Of a stretch of DNA of 39,270 bases, positions 15,701 to 21,602 are shown piece after piece; the stretch's first letter is position 1, and each line of letters starts with the position of its first letter. The DNA comes from an uncultured bacterium. GTDB taxonomy: Bacteria > Patescibacteriota > Saccharimonadia > Saccharimonadales > Saccharimonadaceae. The notes under the pieces are model-generated. The model saw only the letters and a list, made by a program, of their open reading frames with translations, had not been told where the DNA came from and searched no databases. The stretch spans positions 1-39,270 of the forward strand of contig CBRAFJ010000001.1 in NCBI GenBank assembly GCA_967755195.1. Direction: 5' to 3'. A program made the translations under genes and the position numbers.

Positions 15701-16470
15701 TCAGGTGGGGATTGTCATACTGTGTCTACACGCAGGGCGGCCTAATGCAGCACGCTCACGACATGGCTCAGGGTGACAGCCCATCGGCAGGATGCTCTAG
15801 GCCTGACACTGGTGGTATCGACCACATATATGTCACTCCAAAAGAAAATGTCACCGCCACTGGATGGACCCATATGAGCAAGAGTGGCATAGTCGCCAGG
15901 GCATCAGACCACTCCCCAGTATACGCCACCGTCAACCTAGGCGGTGATGAAGAGGCAGCCGGCGGAAGTTTCCAGTGGCCTATAAAGCGAGCTGATTTCA
16001 CACACCTGTCAGGATGTTACCCACGGCAAAACGGCTCTAGCGGCAACGGTCACGCCGGTATAGACATCGATGTACCTAACACTGGCTACCATCAGCGATC
16101 AACACCGGTTTATTCAGCCACTACGGGCACAGTTACGGCCGTTGACGACGACATCGGCGGTGGTATCAGTGGTGTACAGATAAGTGCCCCTGGTGGTATG
16201 TATGTCGTTTACGAACACATGACCGGTTACAGAAGCTTCGTAAGGGTTGGTGAGCGTGTAAACGCCGGCGACCAGATAGGTTTCGCCTCGGACGTTGGCG
16301 CTACCGGTGCACACCACTTGCACTTTGGTGTAACGACACAGCGTGGCTGGTTCGGTGTAAAGTCCAACCCGACCGACCGTACAAAAAACCCTCTAGACTT
16401 CCTGCCAGCTGACCGACCACTAGCTAACGCTCTCGGCGGTACCTGTACTGCGTCAGGAGGAGCAAACTAA
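12718..16470 (+). CDS. Membrane-anchored multidomain protein: one N-terminal TM, ~650-aa Cys-rich unknown region, EEP (endonuclease/exonuclease/phosphatase) domain, C-terminal M23/LytM peptidase
   Basis: 1250 aa. TM helix IALGGGIGGGAIGITLLIFSLLPF. EEP motifs occur in order: SYNV (15106-15117), GTQE (15277-15288), GDYN (15682-15693), IDHIY (15817-15831), SDHSPV (15904-15921). M23 motifs: HAGID (16051-16065) and HHLHF (16312-16326). Confidence 0.85.
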   Translation: MAATNSPNRYTDDDLNVADKEFNDIVNRPDMQALDEQGDAAIRDHDAKAGDSKPDGKNVGDLGRAESKAASGPRNNFYNPTRSGGATKGSSGFVGSLKGAFTGKNKKRNIALGGGIGGGAIGITLLIFSLLPFKLPGLMEIIANEAGQRVEQITERRAKQIIARAILTRMGIKAGGGYIVTGNGPLHDLYASMRTAGFEKKLAAKGITIQDRGANGVRVLLNGEVLGRGDLRTDREIIEALDGNRVTNQVLKQLVKEEVPSWRWMKRAKFAKWLRLKYGIPRYGIENSQNDDDDEKVAEMQKGRLKTSYERITKNVMEVFGCVMGGDSCPANQSADRPDDGRSSDNAIDESDLTETADELLEEETSNRKFFAKVHAKLLDTVLGKLASKAIPIIGWIDLAATVDHIIYEFGDNDYLATLPAYYRGLGYAQIYGERAGYADQQKLGALDPAFIAVLATQADGAEESQAFNYINGDSTRGKPIDMKVNNCDDCKSSINRYWQWYKDNIGDTLAGSTGTIKCPDDGIGAGACITSHEIMNAYYETIGGGGLLGWLSGVVGDAGSWAFQRIMDLLPGLPFEDWLANKMKQAMKFVLETFGLYIDPLDTGAALFNNMHAGATVTFNSFCEESGCRKLTPEQTGMVNSQIAAERDEYLRSQSLGYRLFSPENTRSITTQLAVSLPTAPQNDITGSVSAFASLVANAPAKLLSTVLPTASANTKYVDLYGVDPFGALPADLNQNISNELLRGEECPDVAENQYNGCKIDKTVAEAMICEFTPEIPDCSDEDAPVEGSAGFVVGSYNVLDSDAHEEDSRRIGGCSQAELANDRNCTRTRSARQAQIINGNSSAGNPAFDVVGTQEMSETQYNQLKSMLSGYDAFPTDGSGLGNSRDGKLGIFWKRSKFTLVESGKAPGLSNIADRINNPWVGLRATNGQMVYFMSIHYAHRDCSDGRCDGNKAPNNVFEANMRESSRLTMDWVRSKATGNNIAIVVGDYNDQLRWGLSYCVYTQGGLMQHAHDMAQGDSPSAGCSRPDTGGIDHIYVTPKENVTATGWTHMSKSGIVARASDHSPVYATVNLGGDEEAAGGSFQWPIKRADFTHLSGCYPRQNGSSGNGHAGIDIDVPNTGYHQRSTPVYSATTGTVTAVDDDIGGGISGVQISAPGGMYVVYEHMTGYRSFVRVGERVNAGDQIGFASDVGATGAHHLHFGVTTQRGWFGVKSNPTDRTKNPLDFLPADRPLANALGGTCTASGGAN

Positions 16471-17672
16471 TGAATAAGTTTCGTAGTGCAATACTTGCGG
16501 TTCTAGCAGCACTTATTTCTATAGGTACGCCGATGACTGCATACGCCGATAGTTTCCAGGTACCACCAGAGATAACAAACCGCGAAAAAGCCCACTTGAA
16601 CATCGCCTTTACCGGTGGTGGCAACGACGGTAAATGTGATGAAAGTGGTACGACCTTAAGTGGCGCCAACAATAAGGAAAAAGTCTGGAATTTTTTCGTA
16701 AACAAAGGTCTCTCAGCCGAGCAAACAGCCGGCATCATGGGCAACATGGCCGTGGAGAGTGGTTTTGACCCGACTGTAGTTCAAGGTGGATCTCACTCGA
16801 CGAACCCTGCTAGTATCTCAGCCGGATGGGGAATCATCCAGTGGACACCTGGGTCCAAAATCATCGGCCTGCTAGAACGGGCGGATATATCGGGCAATCC
16901 CTCAGAACTCGCGACACAGCTAGAACTAGTTTTGTGGCACATGAACTATACTAGTCCAACTGGTGTTACTAACATGTATGCACAGTACCAGAACGTTACT
17001 GATGTTGCCGAGGCAACCAGGATGTTCGAAGACCTAATGGAAGGCGCTGGCATACCACATATCGAGCGTCGAATAGAGGAGGCGAGAACTATCCTAGCCG
17101 AGCTAGGTGGCGGTGGCGACGCCGCAGGTGCTGACACAGATCTAGGTGGATGTACTGACGAAGGTGGTATAGCTTCAGCAAATGGTTTTACATTCCCACT
17201 GCGAACCACTAAAGCAGTCATACTGGCAGGTAGTAGTCTAGGTGGAGCGAACCTAAAATGGTGCCACACCAGCCAGACAAACTGTCACCACGATTACAAA
17301 GCGGCCGACATAATGGTTGTAACAGGAACTACAGTCGTAGCAGCAAAAGCTGGTACGGTACAAAAATCAAGCCGATCTGGATCGCCAGGAAATGTCACCA
17401 TCAACAGTAGTGACGGTAAGGGTATAAACTTTTATCAGCACTTAGATGCCGGGTCCGTAACAGTTAGTGCTGGTCAAAAAGTTTCTGCCGGCCAGGTACT
17501 CGGAAAAGTTGGTGACTCTACGGATGCCTTCGGCACAGCGCCGCACCTACACTTCGACATGCTGCCGTCACAATACAAATACCGCGTATCCTGTGCCGGT
17601 GCTTCCTGTTCGGGCTACCCATTCATCGAAGTTCAGCCAGCCCTAACCGAAACATTTAAACTATTGAATTAG
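16470..17672 (+). CDS. Secreted cell-wall hydrolase: lysozyme-like (phage-tail-lysozyme type) domain plus M23 peptidase
   Basis: 400 aa. ATG overlaps the upstream TAA (TAATG). Signal peptide ending AYA. Motif KGLSAEQTAGIMGNMAVESGFDP...GWGIIQWTPGSK. C-terminal M23-like segment GTTVVAAKAGTV..YQHLD..VSAGQVLGKVGDS..APHLHFDM. Confidence 0.8.
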   Translation: MNKFRSAILAVLAALISIGTPMTAYADSFQVPPEITNREKAHLNIAFTGGGNDGKCDESGTTLSGANNKEKVWNFFVNKGLSAEQTAGIMGNMAVESGFDPTVVQGGSHSTNPASISAGWGIIQWTPGSKIIGLLERADISGNPSELATQLELVLWHMNYTSPTGVTNMYAQYQNVTDVAEATRMFEDLMEGAGIPHIERRIEEARTILAELGGGGDAAGADTDLGGCTDEGGIASANGFTFPLRTTKAVILAGSSLGGANLKWCHTSQTNCHHDYKAADIMVVTGTTVVAAKAGTVQKSSRSGSPGNVTINSSDGKGINFYQHLDAGSVTVSAGQKVSAGQVLGKVGDSTDAFGTAPHLHFDMLPSQYKYRVSCAGASCSGYPFIEVQPALTETFKLLN

Positions 17673-17681
17673 GAGGTCGAC

Positions 17682-19145
17682 ATGACTAATACAACCAAAA
17701 TTCGCCTCATAGTCATCGCTGTCGTCATCGCCATTTTGGTGCCTGTGCTGTATTATTTCGCCACACATGGTCGGCTAAATATCACCAACCCAGGCGACAA
17801 ACAGGTTTCGCTCGTTAGCATAGAGGGAAATGAAACCAGCCAAGAGCAGGCTGTATCAAACGGATCTCTGGTAACATCCGGAACCTACATAGTCCGTAAC
17901 GACCAAAATGGCACGCTACGACTGGCAAATATTTCTGTCCCTGGCTGGCTCAGATCAGCTAGTGTTACTTTCATGGACACCAAAACTGCTCAGATGGACC
18001 GAGTTGCATCTCTAACATATGACAACTTCATCCCGGCCGACAACGGATCACTGGTTAGCTTCACGAGTCTAGGCAACCGCGCACCTGGTTTTAAAGCCCA
18101 CGTCACCGACGATGCTTTTGGTGGCAAGTCAGCAGACAGCCGTTTTGCATCTGACATCCTCTCACCAACACCAACCAGTGACGGCAAACTACTAGGCATC
18201 TATCAAGCAGATATCAGCACTTATTCGTTCGTAACCGGTCAATTCCAAAAAATTGCTACAGCGCCTATAGCCGACACCGAAGGTACCGACGAAGACCTAG
18301 CACTTCAACGGTCTTCAGGCACCACTAGCAGTCGAGTAGGGTACTCTCAGGCCGAAACGGGTAAGCTAACCGTCATAAACACCGCAAACAACTCTACTGA
18401 GACCGTAAATCTTCCTGACGGACACACCAAGGTCTTTGACGTAAACGACAATGGCTGGGCAAACGTGACGTCTAAAAATCCTGAGGGCGAAGCAAGCGAA
18501 GACACCTTTGCTAGCTATCAACTAGTTGTCGGCAAGTTTGGCTCAAATGACACAAAAACTCTAGATATAGGTGCCAATCGCAACGTAGACTCAGTTGCTT
18601 TATCGCCAGACTCTAAATACGCCGGAGTCGTCAAAAACGACCAGTTGTGGGTATACGACATCGAAAACAGCAGCGTCGTTATGGTAAATCCGTTCACGGC
18701 AGCGCAGCAGATGTTCTGGAATGGCGACAAACTATATAGCCTGACGGTTGACTCTGGTGTGACTGTTTTCGACAGCACTCAAAAACAGATATCTGCCATT
18801 ACTGTCAGTAACCCTGAAGGTCTATCATTTTCTAGCATGACACCAGTAGGATCAAAGCTATACGTCACTGCATTTAACACCAAACACGCCTCTCGCTTGG
18901 CTGACGGTTTCGTGATCGACTTGGAAAAGAACAGTGACGGAATAACCAACCAATTGGCAAAGTCTCTACCGATAGAAAAACAGGGTTACAAAGCCAACTA
19001 CCTGGGTAATAAAATATACGTTCGTGTCAACGACTACGGGCTGACCGCTGACGCCGTTGCTCGTATAAAGTTGAAGGCGACAGATGACCTGAAAAAAGCC
19101 CTAGGCGACACCTATGGCAAATGTGAAGTGGTCTTCGAAGACTAA
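17682..19145 (+). CDS. N-terminally anchored extracytoplasmic protein, possibly beta-propeller-like; last gene of the T4SS-like operon
   Basis: 487 aa. AGGAGG SD overlaps the upstream stop. Single TM helix (IRLIVIAVVIAILVPVLYYFA). Ser/Thr/Asn/Gly-rich beta-type sequence with a TolB/PD40-like element (LSPDSKYAGVVKNDQLWVYD). Confidence 0.6.
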   Translation: MTNTTKIRLIVIAVVIAILVPVLYYFATHGRLNITNPGDKQVSLVSIEGNETSQEQAVSNGSLVTSGTYIVRNDQNGTLRLANISVPGWLRSASVTFMDTKTAQMDRVASLTYDNFIPADNGSLVSFTSLGNRAPGFKAHVTDDAFGGKSADSRFASDILSPTPTSDGKLLGIYQADISTYSFVTGQFQKIATAPIADTEGTDEDLALQRSSGTTSSRVGYSQAETGKLTVINTANNSTETVNLPDGHTKVFDVNDNGWANVTSKNPEGEASEDTFASYQLVVGKFGSNDTKTLDIGANRNVDSVALSPDSKYAGVVKNDQLWVYDIENSSVVMVNPFTAAQQMFWNGDKLYSLTVDSGVTVFDSTQKQISAITVSNPEGLSFSSMTPVGSKLYVTAFNTKHASRLADGFVIDLEKNSDGITNQLAKSLPIEKQGYKANYLGNKIYVRVNDYGLTADAVARIKLKATDDLKKALGDTYGKCEVVFED

Positions 19146-20185
19146 AGTCGTATCTGTTTGCCGCGCTTCGTTCGAACGTCTTTTGTATCGGTGATTATCG
19201 TCTGGTGATTGTCTAGTTTACTCAGCAGGTTCACTTGGCGTTCGGCGTCCAGTTCCGAAAAAACATCGTCGAACAGCATGATAGGGCTGGTTTCGAAACG
19301 TTCCTGCAGCAGTTCAGCGTAGGCTAGTTTTAGAGCCAGTAGACACGACCGAACTTCGCCGCGTGAGGCAGTCTGTTTTGCGAGTGAACCATTCAGGTGA
19401 AACGAGAAATCGTCGCGGTGCGGACCAACGCTTGTGGTGGCACGCAGAGTGTCTAGTGACATGGCTTTATGTAGAGCATTTAGCAGGACGCTGCTGGTTA
19501 TCGGTCTAGCTAGTGTAGATTCGTATGCCAGTGAAATATCAGCCGCTTCACCAGATATTTGGGCATAAAAACGCGGCAGGAGGCCGTTTAGACGCTCTAC
19601 CAGCTCAGTACGGGCGGCTATAATGTTTTCACCGTATTCTGCCAGAGCAACATCCCAGACGAAGAGTTTGTCAGCCAAACCCGGCATTTGACCGTATTTT
19701 TTCAGGGCGTTGTTACGCTGCTTCAAAGCTCGTTCGTAACGACCCAGTGCTGTCTTGTATTCATAACTAAGGGCACCTAGCATGTCGTCAAAAGCATCGC
19801 GTCTGCGAGTAGGGGAGCCGTGTATTAGTAGCAGATCATTTGGTTCGAACAGCACTACCGGCAAACGATCGCGGTACATAAACCGTTTAGTTGTATCACC
19901 GACTATCAGATGCTTCGCTGGGCGCTTTTCGGGCTGAAAGCGGACCTGACGGGGGCTGTTGTCGACAACGCCCGTTACACGCCACCAGGGCGCCTCAAAC
20001 TGAGTTAGTTCAGCGTCAGTCACACTGCGAAACGACCCGCCGCGGAGCAGAACGTATATAGCCTCTAGTGTATTTGTTTTACCGATACCGTTTTTACCGG
20101 AGATGATAGTCAGTTTTTCGTCAAACACAAATTTCGCGTCACTGTGTGAGCGAAAATTTGTCAGACTTATTTCTTTTATCACCAT
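19142..20185 (-). CDS. recF: DNA replication and repair protein RecF
   Basis: 347 aa. Walker A GKNGIGKTNTLEAI. C-terminal LFDDVFSELD (Walker B/D-loop). Located downstream of dnaN. Confidence 0.93.
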   Translation of the reverse strand: MVIKEISLTNFRSHSDAKFVFDEKLTIISGKNGIGKTNTLEAIYVLLRGGSFRSVTDAELTQFEAPWWRVTGVVDNSPRQVRFQPEKRPAKHLIVGDTTKRFMYRDRLPVVLFEPNDLLLIHGSPTRRRDAFDDMLGALSYEYKTALGRYERALKQRNNALKKYGQMPGLADKLFVWDVALAEYGENIIAARTELVERLNGLLPRFYAQISGEAADISLAYESTLARPITSSVLLNALHKAMSLDTLRATTSVGPHRDDFSFHLNGSLAKQTASRGEVRSCLLALKLAYAELLQERFETSPIMLFDDVFSELDAERQVNLLSKLDNHQTIITDTKDVRTKRGKQIRL

Positions 20186-20207
20186 CCTAACTAAATACTA
20201 CCAACTA

Positions 20208-21302
20208 CTAGCTTCGACGAGGCATCACGATGTGCTGGTAATCACCCTTGCCATCGACGTCGCTCAGTACGCACGGCGCTAGTTTGCCACTAAAACCAAA
20301 GCGGATTTTTTCCTGGTCAAAACAGCCGAGCGCCTCTACTAGATAACGCGAGTTCAGTGTCACCGAACCATCAGCGTCTATTTCAGCCTGGGCTTCTGAT
20401 GTGTTCTCACCGAGCTGAGATGCAACTGAGTGGATAGATAGCAATCCTTTGTCGCGGTCAGTAGTTACGGTGACACTACCACCACTCTCACGGGCAAATA
20501 GGCTAGATATCTTGGTAACACGGACGAACTCGGTCCTAGACAGTTTGGCGTGGATTTCGGTCTCTTTCGGAATCAGCTGGCGGTAGTCAGGGAAGTTACC
20601 CTCGATCAAGCGACTAGTCACTTCTATGTCATTCATGCGGAAGCGTACCTGTGATTCGTCGATGAGTAGCACCACCTCGTCACAGTCCTCAGGAACCACC
20701 CGAGCAACGTCAGCCAGGGTGCTAGCCGGTATCAGTGCCCTTATTTCATCCTGTGAGGCCATCAGGCGACGCTCTGACAGTCTGTATCCATCAGTTGCGG
20801 CAAAGTACAACTGACCTTCGTGAACGTGACACAGGACGCCTGTCAGGACTGGGCGGGTGTCATCGGATGATGCGGTTAGGATGGTTTGCGATATAGCGGT
20901 TTTTAGTAGGCTGGTCGCTAGCGTTAGCGTATGAGCACTCTCTATTTCAGGTAGAGCAGGGAATTCATCGGCCAGCATACCATTTATAGTCGAAACGTAG
21001 TTTTCTGACGATATGTGTAGTTTGGTACCGTCTACTTTTAGGTCAACATTGCCTTTAGGAAGGTTGGCTACAAACTCACTCAGCAGGCGAGCAGGGATGG
21101 TTATGGAACCTTCGCTAGATACCTTTGCGCCAATGTATTCAGTTATAGCAACTTCTAGGTTGGTTGCAGCTAGTAGCAAGCGGTTGTTCTCAGTGCGAAG
21201 CAGGATGTTGTTAAGAACCGGCAGAGAAGTCTTGTTACTGGCTACTCGTGAAACAACCGCCAAAGCTTTGTTTAGGTTTTCCTGTGTGACTGTAACTTTC
21301 AT
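20208..21302 (-). CDS. dnaN: DNA polymerase III beta sliding clamp
   Basis: 364 aa of three-domain clamp length. Typical N-terminus MKVTVTQENLNKAL..LPVLNNILL. Located between dnaA and recF. SD GAAGGA. Confidence 0.93.
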   Translation of the reverse strand: MKVTVTQENLNKALAVVSRVASNKTSLPVLNNILLRTENNRLLLAATNLEVAITEYIGAKVSSEGSITIPARLLSEFVANLPKGNVDLKVDGTKLHISSENYVSTINGMLADEFPALPEIESAHTLTLATSLLKTAISQTILTASSDDTRPVLTGVLCHVHEGQLYFAATDGYRLSERRLMASQDEIRALIPASTLADVARVVPEDCDEVVLLIDESQVRFRMNDIEVTSRLIEGNFPDYRQLIPKETEIHAKLSRTEFVRVTKISSLFARESGGSVTVTTDRDKGLLSIHSVASQLGENTSEAQAEIDADGSVTLNSRYLVEALGCFDQEKIRFGFSGKLAPCVLSDVDGKGDYQHIVMPRRS

Positions 21303-21602
21303 TCTGTCTGTCCTTCTATTCTATTTATATAAGTAGTAGTCGTAGTAATAGGCTGTGTGGATAATGTGTAAAAGCCATAATTTTCATCTGTTATTTTCGT
21401 TTTTATGGTTGTGTATAAGTCTGTGAGTCTACTAGGCAAAAATCTGTGGGAATCTGGCCTCGTGCCGTGTATAAGTCTATGACGCCAAAACTTGTTCACA
21501 GTTTTGCACAAAATATGTGGACAAGAGCCCACATATTTTTCCCGTCTAGCGTCCACAGTTTGTACACAATATTTCCACAGTCCTGTAGACGCCTGGTTAC
21601 TG
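21303..21602. promoter_or_regulatory. DnaA-box cluster in the dnaA-dnaN spacer (candidate oriC half)
   Basis: Perfect TGTGGATAA at 21356-21364. TGTGTATAA at 21410-21418 and CGTGTATAA at 21466-21474, both inside a repeated 12-mer GTGTATAAGTCT. TGTGGACAA at 21516-21524. ATTTCCACA at 21571-21579. Several further 2-mismatch boxes. Confidence 0.7.
21511..21538. repeat. 10-bp perfect inverted repeat AAATATGTGG / CCACATATTT (8-nt spacer) carrying DnaA-box-like cores
   Basis: 21511-21520 is the reverse complement of 21529-21538. Confidence 0.8.

Noticed and set aside
12718-16470. The 1250-aa protein as the missing relaxase or coupling protein
   Set aside because: It has no Walker A/B motifs and no HUH or relaxase tyrosine motifs. 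The bulk of the protein lies after a TM helix and is Cys-rich, so it is predicted extracytoplasmic. Its recognisable domains are EEP and M23.
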